Positions 24,571 through 38,800 of a DNA stretch of 64,000 nt are shown here, in pieces. Origin of the DNA: Lytechinus pictus. Its lineage: Eukaryota. The notes below the pieces were generated by a model that saw only the letters and a program-made list of their open reading frames with translations, had not been told where the DNA came from and did no database searches. The position numbers were made by a program, and so were the translations under genes. The stretch is from the NCBI RefSeq assembly GCF_037042905.1, contig NC_087259.1, positions 2,294,001 to 2,358,000 on the forward strand, in the 5' to 3' direction. Every line of letters begins with the position of its first letter. The first letter of the stretch is position 1.

Positions 24571-24699
24571 CTCTCTACCCTTCTATTGCCACAGAACGCA
24601 TCTCCTCTCTGGTACTTAGCCACTGGTGAGGGAAGGCCGCTTAGCTCTCCTGATATCGCTTTAATGCGGTATGAATACTGAACTTCCTCCTCAATCCAT
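24571..24699 (-). CDS. PAPPA: Pappalysin exon 9 (YSYRIKAISGELSGLPSP..FCGN)
   Basis: Hand translation; matches YQY....ISG..ESEPSP..YCGDG; phase 2/2. Confidence 0.9.
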
Positions 24700-25621
24700 C
24701 TGAATAAAGAAAAAGAAAATTCTTCTTTCACAGAAAGATTTTATGCAAAATGAAATACGAAAACAATTCAATTCGTTTTACAGAATTATGATAAAGCAAA
24801 CATGTTTATATATCAGCGCTACAAGTGTACTATTATCTAATGATAAACAAAAACTTACGATTTTTTTTCATTAGGAACCCGCACAATTTCACAATTACGG
24901 TTCACTATGTTCTTTAAAAAATTTCAAGATAACCGATCTCCGTTTCGTCGAGGATTCACAATATATATCGTGTGTAATAACGCGATTCACGATGGAGTAT
25001 GAACAAGATATTACATATATTTTGATTAGATTATCTATATAAAGAGATAAATTATGTACTGTACAGATTTTATCGTACATATTAACGATGGGTCTGTATC
25101 TTGTTATCAATAACACATTTACGACATATGTTACAACTATTGAAATTGCGTCTCTTGATTGGCTGACAGAAATATTAGTCAAAACGAATTTGACATGTCT
25201 GATAAACGACAAGTTTTGTGAAACCTGGTACTAAGTGACAACGAATTGTTATAGGGTTATCAACAATTTTACAAATTTTCAATTTTAGACATTTACTGAT
25301 GGAAGAAAACAGAAGAAAATCAGTGTTATTTTGTTTTTATAAATACCAGCATCTGGAGAACATTTCATTAATATATATTGGCTGACAAGTTGACAGACCT
25401 AACATCTTTCCTTTATTTTGATTGGCTGAAAAGCACAGTTACTATGGCAACTGTCAGATTTTGTCGGATAAAACGTCGGCGAAGTCATTTAATAAAATGT
25501 TTCCCCGTAGTCTAATTAGACATGTATTCACAAAATAAATGGAAGTAGGACAGAGCGACAGCAGCGCAAATTGCCACATAAAATAGGAGCTAGGTACAAC
25601 ATCATGTAGACGAACACGAAC

Positions 25622-25889
25622 CTGTCTTCGAACCAAGTGTTATCCACAACATCGTCGACTTCATCGTCGCTTTCGAATGGCGGATCCCTAAGCACGCGAT
25701 ATCGTTGTGGCGTGCAGGCTTGGCAGGCGGGTGCTTGAGGTCTCGAGACAACCTGTACGGCGTCGATGATGGTGTAGAGGCCGCTGACGTCGAGTGTGAT
25801 ACTGACTAGGGGTTTGTCAGTGAAGAGGCGAGTGGTGAATGGGATGTCGCAGTCAACTGATACAGGACCAAGTGATTCTTTTGTGTTGT
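25622..25889 (-). CDS. PAPPA: Pappalysin exon 8 (ESLGPVSVDCDIPFT..IDAV..CQACTPQRYRVLRDPPF)
   Basis: Hand translation in a frame not shown in the ORF track; SLGP..V.CD.P and Y.V.RDPP motifs. Confidence 0.92.
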
Positions 25890-26370
25890 CTTTTTATAAG
25901 AAAATGAAATAAATATCGAAATTGACATTGTAGAGCAATCACAGTATACTTCTGTGGACATATCCTGGTCTCGAAAACGAACATCAAAGCACGTCATGTT
26001 TGGAATCTATTCTTCAACATGAAAAACTTTAGAAACATACATAATGGGCATATTTAACAAATGGAAAAAATCGAGGTTTTATTAAGAATGTAATTAGACC
26101 TTTTTTTTATAGCTAGGATACAAATGCGTATAAAATTCAGGAATATTGTTGATATCTATAATAGGTATGTGCTTCAAACCTTATTACTATTCAAATATTA
26201 CTTTAAAGGAAATTATATTATTATCTGTTCGATTATATGAGTAAAGAGGCCCTTGGATGATAAAAGAGTTACTTTTGGAACTTTTGGAATATTTCCAAAA
26301 TGATAAGCCCCCTGGAGCTTATGCAAGCCCTGCCAAGTACTCTTACTACCAATATCGATATTTTACTCAC

Positions 26371-26565
26371 CGTCATACCAAAGGATGATGTCACGGATTA
26401 CGTCACGTGAGCGATGAATATAACTGACCCAGATGGAGAGTCGAGCAGGGACGACATAGTGTTCGAACTCGAGATTGAGGAGGCAATCGTTGCACGTGGC
26501 GCTACCCGAAGCGAAGGCCATCCATCCTTGTTGGTTGACACTACATTGTTTGGCATCCGGTGAGC
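26371..26565 (-). CDS. PAPPA: Pappalysin exon 7 (GSPDAKQC..CLLNLEFEHYVVPARLSIWVSY)
   Basis: Matches the PAPP-A M-domain C.LELEF..P..L.IWV pattern; GTGAGT donor. Confidence 0.9.
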
Positions 26566-27228
26566 CTAGGGTGGTGGTTGATTTTAGATAGAGGGCACGG
26601 GCGGTCGACCAAATGAAGAAAAAAAATAGGGAAAAAGATATAAGAATGGTAAAAGGAGGGAAAAGAAATAGAGGTATCGAAAAAGGACCGAGGTGAAATG
26701 ATATCACACCACTTTTTCCATGTATCTTATATTTTTAAGGAAAAAGAAAACTCTTTTTACCCCCCCCCCCTCCTGAACCCCCTCAAAATGCGCTAGGTTT
26801 CCCTTATTTAAGGGGTTGATAGAGACTTTAGCGGCGGGAGTTATATAGTCTGATGTATATACTTCTGAAACGACCATTATACCTCCTCATTAAACACTTG
26901 AAAGAAAAGTCTTGGCATCATAATCCGTGGGTTTTTAAAACTTGTTTTTGACAAAGTCGTTTATGTCTAACTTAGTTTATCCTTTATTTAATTTGATATT
27001 ATGAATTATTATGATTGACATGCTTTGGGATATATATTTGACTTTGTTATGTTACGTAACTTAATTTGTATTTTGTGAACGCAAACTAAATAAATACAAT
27101 TCAACCGAAGACAAAAGAAAGGAAAACGCGACAGAATAAAACGAGGGAGGTAAACTAAAAAGGGGATTATTTGATATGACAGCGGTAAGAAAAGTGGAAA
27201 AACCAGAAGTATTAAAATGATTAATTAC

Positions 27229-27522
27229 CAGTTACTTGCGCCAACCTTCCCCTTTTTGGAGATGTCGCCCCGGACGCGTACTGAACGAACGCGTTTTCCG
27301 GCGTGCACTCGGCGCAACGGGACTCATTTTCGTCATGATTTCCGCTCAAAGGCGGCAACCAGGCAATCGTCAACCCACCCTCCGGGCTTTCCTCCATGAT
27401 CCGAGGAGGGAGGGAGATGGTCCCAGGGGTGGGGGAGGGGTCCCAGGAGGGGTACATAAGGACGATATAACAGTGCATGCGGGCAGCCTGATGAGGGGTG
27501 AAGTGGCTCGTGCACGAGGAAT
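27229..27522 (-). CDS. PAPPA: Pappalysin exon 6 (DSSCTSHFTPHQAARMHCY..FVQYASGATSP)
   Basis: FTP.Q.ARMHCY motif; phase 1/1. Confidence 0.93.
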
Positions 27523-28109
27523 CTGGAAAGGAGAGCAGAAAAATATGAGGAAGAAAAATATAACGATTGATACCATGAATACATAGACCTATGTTAACGG
27601 GTAATACTGGTAGAAGCTCTCAAGAAGATTCAAATTTCATAGATGAATAGGCTGGTTACTTTAAGCATTATCGTATTAACTTGGTATTTTGGCCGATAAT
27701 TGTATAATGTTCGAAAGATTCTGAAAAAAATATCAAGGATAATATGTTAATTAGATTAGTGGTGTTTTCATCTACTTTGTGTGATATTTGATTTAATATT
27801 TAATAAATTTGCAAACAATACATCCGGACTCTATTGGCCTTCCTTCAGTACTGAGCCGGGTTTTCACTGTTTTGTCACTTTTTTCTTTTAATGTCACTTG
27901 TGTTTTCTCTTTTATTTAACATGTACAAGTTATGAAAAGATATATACAATATCGGACACATCATCTTAAAGACCAAAAGGAAATCAGTATTTATCCAAAA
28001 TGATAGAATCATTTCCTCTATAGCAAATTAAAAAAAATCCCCTCATCGTTTTTCCCAATACAAAAATAAAATGCATAAAATAACTAAGGCTTGATAAATA
28101 TGTTTAAAC

Positions 28110-28415
28110 CTGAATAGCTCATGAAGTTCCTGAAAGGCGTGTCAATAAACATCCGCCACTGTTCTTCGCTTCCGCAAATCGTCCCGTCGCGACTCTCTGC
28201 CGGCGTAGGATCTCGACAATGATGATTAGTTGGCGTCGGATTGGTATCTTCGACGAGATCGCCGCTCTCCAATGATGCGTCGTGCTCGTAACAGTCGTCG
28301 GTGCAGCTCATCTCGGAGACGCCGTGATGGACGTGAAGCAAGCCTAGGGCGTGGCCCATCTCGTGAATGAGTGAGTTGTTGGTAAGACGGGCACCGCCCT
28401 GAATAACTACCCCTC
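28110..28415 (-). CDS. PAPPA: Pappalysin exon 5: catalytic zinc site HEMGHALGLLH and Met-turn NFMSYS
   Basis: HExxHxxGxxH at 28333..28365; GDLVEDTNPTP; NFMSY. Confidence 0.98.
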
Positions 28416-28964
28416 CTTGTGAGATTAGATAAGAGATTGATACTTCTTTTAGAATTCGTGATAGGGAATGGTTCTTTTGACAGAACGGTGGTTGCATCAA
28501 CTGTTTAGTAGAAGTTTGATCATTGCCACATACGTAACAATCTTGCAAATTGTCACATTTTCAATGATTTACAATTTCATTTTAGAAACTCCACAGAATG
28601 ATAATGCATATATGTATATTAAAACAAACTGATATTTCTGTGACCGTCTGCCTTTAAGAATATTACTAATTGTCTACTGACTCAAATTTTTGCATGGCAC
28701 AAGGAAATAATCTCTTATAACACGAGTTCTTTTACAAAGAAAAAACGATTATGATAACTTTACCATTCTGATAACTACCATGGTAACAGGTCTCAGCAGC
28801 CGATCATTATCAATGTTTCCATGGTAGTACTATTCCCGGCAAAGTTACAAAAATCGTTAATCTTTACGTAACGCGTCTAGGTTCCATCATATTCAAAGGC
28901 AACCCCAAAATGAGTCCATATTAATGACTGCAATCGAGACAAGCATGCCCTCTACTGTTCTCAC

Positions 28965-29110
28965 CTTGAACCGAATGAGAGGTGACCTCCCACGGCATCG
29001 TCGCAAATCCTTCGATATCGACGTCCACAAAGTCGACAAAGAAGACGTTCAGCGCGTCAGAGTTAGTGAGATTGACAGCCGCTTTGAGTTCTTCTGCGGA
29101 AATATAGGAC
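28965..29110 (-). CDS. PAPPA: Pappalysin exon 4 (RSYISAEELK..EGFATMPWE)
   Basis: Peptidase M43 'G.AT.PW' motif; AG/GT flanks. Confidence 0.93.
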
Positions 29111-29491
29111 CTGAGACACGATAGCAAAGGAAACAAAGTGGATTTTAAGTTGAAAGTTTTTATTGGTAAAATTGCCAGGGGAGTGTTTTTTAAGTCGTGA
29201 TTGATTTTTCGAGTTGTGCCTGATTGCAGAACGCTTGATCTCTTAACAAATACATGTAAATCATTGATACAAATACTTTGATTTGCTGTGTCCTTCATGC
29301 AATCGATCCATGGGGAACCTAATCAAATTACTGAAAAATAATAATAGAATTAAACGAAACTGTTAAATTACAGAGCTCGACTTATGAACGATGACAGATT
29401 ATAGATGTCAGTATATTGATAAATTCATAAATTCATAAATACAAACATGTCGGTGGACTTTTAGCTTCGTCTATCATAAGCAACAGAGTTA

Positions 29492-30161
29492 AGGCCCCCT
29501 CACACCTAACCGAATTGCCTGAAATATGCCTTGCGATGGCTGGCGAAAGGCATTTAAAAAAAAAATCGTTTTCAATGGTAACTGATAGTAAATCATATTT
29601 ACCCTTCGTGTTTGGGTTCGTACATCTTCTGAACTAACAACTGCGATTATTCAAATTCGCGCGGAAATTTTGAACATGTTTAAAATTTCCCGACGAATTG
29701 AAAAATCGTTGGTCATCTGTTTGAATTCGCATCTCTTATTTAGTCTGCGTTTAGTTTATCGTTCGTGTGTTTTTTGTCGCGCATAGTCCCTCTTCGCGCT
29801 TTGCCAAAGTGGACCGATCTCGAAAGAACCTGTAACGAAGCAACACGATGACACAACGAACAAGATTGCCCGATCTATTCCCTCGTCTTCGTTTCTAATC
29901 GCACGCCATATCAAACCATTGCTCACTTTTCGTTCGTCTAATTGGGTTATATCAACCCTTCTCAATTTTCTCAAAGAGGTGAGCCGAAAAATTGATATCC
30001 TTTGCATGTAATATTTATCATTCGCTTACCGTTCGTTGATAACATTTGACAAGAGTTACTGATCGCATGATTTGACTGAAATTTTATTTGAATTCGTTTA
30101 ATTCGCGTGCATTTCGTTCATTTTTCCCATTCGTCACATTCGGTTAGGTGTGAGAGGGCTT
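29492..30161. mobile_element. PIF/Harbinger-like non-autonomous element
   Basis: TIRs AGGCCCCCTCACACCTAACCGAAT / ATTCGGTTAGGTGTGAGAGGGCTT; TTA duplicated on both sides. Confidence 0.85.
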
Positions 30162-30354
30162 TTAGCTCTTTTTAAAACACAAAGTAACCGTATGGAGAGT
30201 GTTTCATCAACATGCCATCTGACAACTTTCCTCGATTCTGATTGGCGGAGAAACCGAGACGTCTGGGATTTATTATCGGATAAAACATCCCAAAAGTCCT
30301 TTCAATGGTGGGTTTATGAGAATTCTAATGAATTGCCCGACATATCACCATTAC

Positions 30355-30531
30355 CTGGAGAGCGATGATGGATCCGCACAAGACATGGGATAGGTAGTGT
30401 TTGTAGGTATACAGCAATCTCCATCATCCCAATCATGGTATGCCTTGTTGCATTCAGGTTGACATACACCATCACCTTTAAGATCGTCAGGGCAATCTGC
30501 TCTCACTTCATCACAGTCCCCGCCGTCATAA
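30355..30531 (-). CDS. PAPPA: Pappalysin exon 3: end of LNR1 and LNR2
   Basis: YDGGDC..GDGVCQPECN..DDGDCC..CADPSS; phase 2/2 consistent. Confidence 0.95.
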
Positions 30532-31549
30532 CTGTAAATAACATTGTTACTTTGTAAAAATGTGAGTGTCAACAACATTTAGCAATCGGTCTTGAAAGGG
30601 CCGTGGACATATTGGCATATGTAGGAAACGAGTCAATAGGTAAAATTGACTCTACAGTGTATTGTTGTATTGTGTAATTTATCATCTCTCAGTTTTTCGG
30701 GGGGCTCCGCTTCCTCAAGGATAAAGCCGATAATGATTTTGGACTTTCGGTGTAGACAAATCAGTTGGTATGGGCTTATCTACATTAGTGTTACAATGAC
30801 GCCCATTTAAGATTTTCTCCTGTCCTAACTGGAAGTAACATTGTTATTTTGTAAAAAAAATTGTTTCTCGACTTAACGACATTTGGTAGCCTAAGGTTAA
30901 GACTCTCGGTGTTTAGAAACCGTACGGCAGATGCTTATCGAATACTCTAGTGTTTACTTTGACGTCCCTTTAAGATCACTAGGAGATTCTGTTTTCACTT
31001 CTTTAAAGTGCTTCTAGTCATTGGTAGGTTACAGAAATTTATTCAGTCAGTCTGGATATGGATACCAATTGCTTCTGATTATTGATGTTGATTTGAGACC
31101 CCGGTGTTTACAATTTCGATCATTTTATGATTATCAAAGTAGTCAGCGATCGATTTGTCACAGTCCCCCAACGTAATATAACTGGGAGTGAAATTGTCTC
31201 TGAAAAACTTAAGGATTGTCGGTATAATGTTTGAAATTTGCACTTGTTTGATTTCGGGCTTTCTTAGATTTTGCTCTTGGACCGAGTCAGTTTTTTTGTA
31301 TGGCACCATAGTCAATGCCTTTCATCAACCAAGATATTTTGCAGGGGGGAGGTATTTTAATCGTTGGGTTTAGTCTCCTGCACTTTCTAGACATTTCCTT
31401 CCCATTAAGGTAATCATTGTCTGAAAGACATCGCTGAGCAATGGATTTATACTCTATAATAAGGGATAGGCGCGTGTACTAGATTTTCGTTATTTTTAGT
31501 ATATATAAATCTAAGAGCTTCAAAAGCTCAGATGCCATGATGTATTTAC

Positions 31550-32432
31550 CCTGTTATCTCATATTTGCATTCCAAGTCACATCTTCTGTTACCAATCTGA
31601 TGGTCACATCCTGCTATAACAAACCGTCGTCTTAGCGACGAATTTCTCACCACCGTAACCCCGACGTCACGCCATGTAATGTTATACCCGCCATATGCCT
31701 CCGACAAAAACCGATGTTGCATCCGAAGATCAGCCGAACTGACTGTCGGATTGGAGCCATCGTCTTCTGCTAACACAATCGGACGGAATCGGAGGACAAC
31801 TGGACTTCGAAGGTGTGGGTTGTTAATGTAGCTCCGAGCCACTTCAGGGTTATCACAAACAGTTAGTCCACACTTCGGAGTAGTCACATGAGGGTAAGAT
31901 GGGTGTCTCTGTGCATCAAAGACCACTTTCTCTGGCTCCCTCATCTCGCTTGGACTCCAGTTGACGAGTTCAGAATCAAAGTCTTCAGAGATGACGAACT
32001 CTGTTCCCGACACTCTTCCGGGCGCCGATGCAGATGCTTTGATTGTTGCGTGTGATAGTACTTCATCCGAAATCCGAAGATTTCCGATCGCGCCCCGAAA
32101 CGGTGCCCAGTGCACTCGGCTTCCCCCTAGGCTGAACTCTTTGCATCTTTGGGACACCATGCTAAACACGTCACCCCTCTGCCCAATTGCAGCCCCAACC
32201 ATAGCGCCGTCCAGGTATAGCCTCATCATCCAGCCGTCGTAAGAAACGGCGACGTGCAACCACGTGTTAGGCTGATATGGTTGATGCGATCTGACGGTTG
32301 TGTTCTCGATTGAACGGTCAGTCTGAAGGCTAAATTTGAACTCGGCACCTCCCATGCTCCAAGGGGAAGGGACATCAATGTATACAGACCATCCCCAGAC
32401 GATATTGGATGCTTTGCATTTATCCGAAAGTT
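31550..32432 (-). CDS. PAPPA: Pappalysin exon 2: LamG-like domain, start of metalloprotease domain and LNR1
   Basis: ORF 31546..32355 extended to the AG acceptor; WLHVAVSYDG, CGLTVCDNPEV, VRNSSLRRR motifs. Confidence 0.95.
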
Positions 32433-32546
32433 CTAAGGATATGAAAAGAAAAAAGAATAAAGATTAATTAAAAACGAATTCTTTTCATCAATAAGGAGAA
32501 CTTTTCAGAGATTTTCTCTTTTTTTAAATGGAAAATGCCGCTACTA

Positions 32547-33430
32547 AAGCCCCTTCACAATTGATCCCCGATCAGTTTGCAGCCGCCTGCAACAGTTCTT
32601 TCGTGGCGTTGCACGATCGATCGCTTGGTGTTTTGCGAGCACTCGCAGCCGTTGTAGGTGATCGTACGAACCCGAAGTAGTCGTGACTGTCGAATCGAAT
32701 GCGATCCATTCACTCGAAGCAGATCGTACCGGGCAATTGTCGTGCGAGTGTTTTACCCAGTTTCCACTTTCACGATTTAAACGGTAGTCTTTATCGTGGA
32801 GTGATCGTAAGGATCGCATCAGTTCGTATCAGATCAGTCATGTTAATCGTATTGCTCGTAGATAAATTTTGAACGGTTCAAAAATGCTCGCGATCAGTTA
32901 CGAAAGGCCAATCGTGGTGTCCGTAAAGGATGCACGGCAATTATGAACGAGTTACATTTCATGACTTGATGCGAGAGTTAGCACTGCTGATGACTCGTTT
33001 TTAACGGCACTTACACTTGTACAAGCGACCTATAGATTCCAGTCTTGCGACTGGGTGCGATATAGACGATGAGACTGTTCGAACGACCGATAACAACGCG
33101 GCTTACAACGTTGCACTGCCGTTGCTCGACTGCGTGCGCATTTATGCGACATTTCCTCGAGGTATAGGAGAGTTGTGAGAGTTATTCAGAACATTCTCAG
33201 AGTCCTATTTCCCTCTTCTTTGCCTTTATTCTTCCGCATCTTGACTTAACAATATCAAACTTGACACTATCTATCAGTCAATTGTTAAAGGGGGTTTTAT
33301 AGCTCATATCACTAGCACGTACACTCGCACCGGTTTCAATCAATCTTACGAGCGATTGCATTGCCTCAAGTCGCATCTCACGACTATGCAATTGGTCGTG
33401 CAACTACTGAGATTGATGTGAAACCAACTC
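32547..33430. mobile_element. Degraded Harbinger-like element (CpG-rich)
   Basis: Imperfect termini AGCCCCTTCACAATTGATC / GATTGATGTGAAACCAACT; CG-rich interior unlike the flanks. Confidence 0.45.
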
Positions 33431-34409
33431 GTGCAACACTCACATGTGAATACATGCGTGAATCCAGGGGCGGAAGGTGTGGGCATACCCCGTAAATTGC
33501 ATTTTTTTAGAGAGATAACAGAGAAGAACCCAAAATGCCTTGTGGAATTACTCCCCTACCATATTCACATTACATTCTTCATAGAATCGTATTTCAGGTT
33601 GTATTTTTTTCAGGTCGTTTATATCTTCCCATTTCTATGGGTAAATTATGTGCCTTTAATAGGAGTTTGGGTAGATATTTTTTCCCCTTGAGTACAGGTG
33701 GTTATCCACATGCAGTTTTCCGGCTTAATTTTACATAGTGAACGCCAAGAAACTAATGATCTTTGAACATAACTTCTGTTAAATTGAGACTGTGAAGTAC
33801 TGCATGCGTCATTTAATAAATTCATTTTAGCATAACGACATGCTCTCTCATTTATTTTGTAAATTGTAATATCGAACATGATTAACCACAAACCTATCAA
33901 TTCCGAACCTCATTATAGAGGTGTTTATCATGAACCCGTCCCTCTTGTCTATACTTTGAATTGGTCTATGAATTTGGTCTGTAAAGTTTTATTAAATTTA
34001 CGGTGTCTAAATCGATGTAGTCATAAATGAAAGACTTTTTTCCTCTATTCATTTCATTTTCCCATTTACTCCCATCATGTGAATGCAGGGGTGAATAAGG
34101 GCGCAACTCTCCTGCCTGTAGAACAAAAAGTTTGTCAACCTCCTTGTCCAGTCACGACATTCCTGATACATTGGAATTTTCGCGCCAAATTCAGCAAGAT
34201 ATTTTTCTCCTTTTCCTAGCGTGGCTAAATGACCTCAGGACGTAGGGCCTAATTTTTGTGAGAGCCCCCTTTTAATAACTTTAAGTCTCATGAGGATTCA
34301 AGATCTATTGGAATGAAAAATATTTCTTCTAGTTGTTATGATTAATTTCTTTCCATCTTCGTCATTGAGCCTAAAACAAACAGATTAGGCATGTAACCGA
34401 CCTCTTACC

Positions 34410-34795
34410 TTAAAGGTATTGTTTAACTTTGTGAGCAGCCGATTTAAAAAATTCTCAAACCAAGATGAAACATGTGTACAAGTGCATGTATTAGAACTAA
34501 TAAACCCTGAAAACAACCATTATTGAGAATGAAAAGCTAAAACTACAAGGCAAACCCCGATTTTGTAAATAGGCGTCTTATAGACGCCTAAATAGTACAC
34601 ATAAGTGTATGGGATGAAATTAAGATGGTGTTTTTGGTCACTTTATATTTCAATTTTTGAAGTACTAAATAATTATTTTCGAACGCAATTTTTTCTGGGC
34701 TTCATTTTTGTAACATATCACAGACACAGGTGACAAGTGTGACCTTCTAGCTCAGATTTTTTAAAAGTCAAACCAATGTTAACCAATCACTTTAA
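34410..34795. mobile_element. Kolobok-like MITE (TTAA flanks)
   Basis: TTAA-AGGTATTGTTTAAC / GTTAACCAATCACT-TTAA. Confidence 0.6.
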
Positions 34796-35480
34796 AATGA
34801 CCATACCAATATATTTCCTGGGATGACTGTCCGATTCTAATTGCTTGATTGATTTATTGTTCATCATCATTGGCTTAAGTAATCTCTATCTCGAATATTC
34901 AATGATAGTTAAAGTGTGTATTGTTAGGTGATTAGTTCTCTTTTTGTGGGGGAAAAATCATCAAGCCTTGCAAGGACCTTAAAGCTTTTTATACGACCAA
35001 TTTGAGGCTTCAAATATTTTACTCTAGTGTGACGAATGTGAAAAAATGAGAGAAAAGGGTTTAATTGTTGCTGAACTGATTAAAGCTTAAACCACAATCT
35101 TTGTCGCACTTTGAGCATGAGCCAACTAGACTGTGTTAAATCTATAAAAGAAAAAGTCATGCGTGATTAATAGGCTTCGAAGGATATTCAGTTTAGGATT
35201 CAATGATTACTTGGATGAAATAATACAATTTTAAGGAAATGTTACAGTGTGTAAAGAGAAGCGTAATGAGTGACAAAATGAGGGGCAGAACATATAGCGC
35301 ACGGAGGAGGGGGTAAATTGTCGCGAGAGAGTGGACCCTTTTCATAATATTAGAATGGAAATCTTATTTTTTTAAACAAAATATCTTTAAAAAAAATAAT
35401 GCTACATGGTACACTGTTTGATTTCCTTTTATTTTTGTTTTTCCTCCCTTTTATCTTTTTTTTTTTGCTTTCATTCTCAG

Positions 35481-35514
<34 letters not shown>

Positions 35515-35572
35515 GGGGGGGGGGGAGAGTTGTGTATGGTCAAGACCAGGGGTAATTGTAATTTGTCAGTCC

Positions 35573-35834
35573 GGGCCCCGACTTACAAAGAGTTACGATT
35601 GATCCAATTGACTACAACCATGAAAGCCAGCAACGTGAACATCTAAAATACATGCTTGTTTAATATATATTTTCTAGATATAATGTATGTTCATATTTTC
35701 CTGAAAATTCAGTGTGCTTCTCTTCGCTTACAAAGAACAATGAGAAAATTTCCTTAAGTAAAATATGACATTGATGGATTTTCATATACTTGAGGTTGAT
35801 CGGATCAATCGTAACTCTTTATGAGACGAGGCCC
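35573..35834. mobile_element. Second copy of the 7275..7545 MITE family
   Basis: Colinear similarity throughout, with matching TIRs. Confidence 0.8.
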
Positions 35835-38800
35835 GGGAATATTAGACTCGTGGCAGGCATACATTGGTGAATTTAGTTAGGGGACTGGAAGTTAAAGAAT
35901 TTGATCGAGCTTCATATATTGATGGAATTCATATTTTCAAGTAAATCAGTTTTATGAATGGATTCATATGCAATATCCTCTGTGAATATAAATAAGTTGA
36001 TTAATAAGTTGATTAAAAATTAAACCCCTTTTTACGTTTATGGGGGCCCACGCTTTTAAAACGTCGCAATAAGTACGTCAGTGTCTGTTGGATTCAACCA
36101 ACAATATTAATTTAAAAAAAACATTAAATTTCAATGAGTTAAACAAAAAAAGGAGAATTTCCCCATTACTGTAACAAGCCTATGCCATGTAGGTCTATAG
36201 ATCTACATTAATTTTTTTGGTCAACGAAAGTAAAACTCTCTTATAAAAGGATTATACACGTATATACAAAATATATAAAAGAACAAATTGTAGAACGTTT
36301 CTTTTTTTAACAAAATGGTTAATATTTCCCACCTCATTTCACCGCCCGTTCCCATAAAGTTCAATCGCTGGTTCACAGTGAGGCTTAATGAGCCTTGTAA
36401 TTTATCATTCAGATATATTATATTTGTAGTTTGCTTACCGAAGAAGAAAAATGGCAAAGCCAAACAGCACCCCCCCCCCCCTCAACAACATGAAGGTGAC
36501 TTTCTCGCATATGTTGTTGATAGAAAAGCGCAGATGGTGCCGAGATCCTGAAATATGTCACGAGATGAACCAGTCACTATAGTACGCATTGTAAATTGTT
36601 TATAGAAATCAACTGAGGTGACATATTTTATGTGACAGAAAAGGCTTCTTTATTCATTATTTTACATCTTTTTATTGTTTTTGTTGTAATTGTTCTTCTT
36701 CATCTTCTTGCTTTCTTATTGTTGTTGTTCTTTTTCTTCACCCTCTTACGCACTTCATCTTCATTTATTATTATCCTATTTTTTGTAGCCCCTCCACTGG
36801 TTATCTCGGGTGTCTCATGAAAAAAAATGCAAGCACTGAATAAACTGACTGCTCCGACAGTTACCATAGTAATTGTCAGACAATTTTAAACCAATCAAAA
36901 CCAAGGATTTCACTGAAAATTGTCGGAGCTGTCGAGCTGACCATTTAGTCAATGCAGACAACATTCAGGAAACGCCCATCTGGCATGTCACACCAGTGAA
37001 AACGAATCCAGACCGATAGACCGATGGCATACCAACGATCGAATTGGGTCGGTATCGTTGGTGTGACGGAAGGCATTTACCTCAGAGGTCTCTCGTGAAA
37101 GTTCAAAATCTCTATCTTCTTGAGACCTCAAGGTCAACGCACTTCCTCATTCTCTATGTTCCTGTCATCAGTAATGTTGTCATCAGTCTTGAAATAAGAG
37201 CATGCATGCGCCTCAGCTTTGTTTACCATTCTATTTTTTTATTTCATGATCATGATGCATACAGACAAGTGAGATGAAATACCAAGTGTGCATGTCATGA
37301 CAAGGAAAGACTATCACTGTTTGCAAATTTCTATGACCCAAAATAAAAATAGCGTGGTTATAGGCTTGTGTGACTTAATTTCTACGATGATGGAATTACC
37401 AATTACTGCTAAACGGGTTAAACGCTTGGCCTACAAGCAGTTTTCAATTTCTCAGACCCAGTTTGTCTATATACTCCACTTTGATGAAAACACATTAACT
37501 CTAAAATCTTACTGTTAGCACAGTTTGTCTCATTTCTCCGTCTTTTTCTCAATTTCTTTTTAGTTCGTCAAATGAAAACTTGTTTTATAAACAATTAATT
37601 CAAGCATCTAGACTAAGTTGTTTGTGTTTTACAAAGTGGATATTTATGTGCACAGCCTAATTGGAATTAGACGAAAGTGTAAATGACAATTAGACCAAGT
37701 GGTTGTATACGTGCTAGGATTAGACCATAAGGGATGAGACCAAATGATAAGTATACGAAGAGGTTATAGACCAATTGGCAATTTATCGCTGAACTTTGGG
37801 AGGGGTGCTCAAATCTGCCAGGTCGCTATACGTGTCGCATGAAAAATGTGAAATGTTGTCGTTACATAATTATCGAGGACGCGTCATGTTTCTTATTGCT
37901 TATGGATAAAAAAAAATTATAATGAATCTCTTGATGAGAAAGTACGCATGCACACAACGCGTACGAAATATATATATTTTTAAATATCATATCTATGGTT
38001 TTTCACCAATCTTTCTCTCTAGTATGCGACTTGGTTAGGGGAGGGGAAGGGGAATAACTTGTATAGGACGTTTTATCCGTCAATTCGCATTTTTTTCTGA
38101 CAGTTACCATAGTAACAGTGCTTCTCAGCAAGTCACAAATTAAGAAAAGTTGTCAGGTACTACGACTACTTGTCAGACAAAAATATTGACGAAACGTTCC
38201 CAAGATGAGTGTGGTCGTGGTTGTGTGGCTATACATGTATAAGTTCGGGAAGGGCACATACTGAGCTTCAGAAAAAGGGGCAGAGGAATTCTGTGCGCGA
38301 GTCCCCCGCCATTTTCCATCACAAAAAGTGAGAAATTCACTCTGGTTAACAAATCGACCAGGAGTAAATGCAATCGGTCACGTAGTCGGGTGAAACTCGG
38401 ACTTTTTAATTACGCATCATTTCAATCGCGCAGACAGGTCTATATGCCTATATAGGTTATAAACAAACGTTTTCTTCCATATCGTAGGTTTTTCATAAAG
38501 CTTGACTGTACCTTGAACCAGAGTTGACCATGTACAATGCCATTCATACCCAGTTTTGCGTGCTGTCGCCTCCGATAGACCTTGAGTTTTGCACCGATTT
38601 TCCTCGAACAAGCGCGTCATTTTGTTCGCCGCGGCGCTCCGGTGTTATATAAAGAGTCATAGCCGGTGCACGGGAGGAAATCAAGGCAGAATATTGCGGC
38701 ATATTTCATACAATTTGTTTTTCTTGGCATCGGGCCGCGGGCCTTTATGAAGCTACGTGCGCCGGCAGTTACAAGGTGTAAAATCAGTATAAAAGCCTGT

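Noticed and set aside
25806-25997. ORF with 'VYCDC' as pappalysin exon 8
   Set aside because: The homologous frame is a different one starting at 25889
27236-27586. Antisense ORFs over pappalysin exons (also 31961..32242, 22966..23292, 40754..40990)
   Set aside because: Shadow ORFs of GC-richer coding exons with no independent evidence
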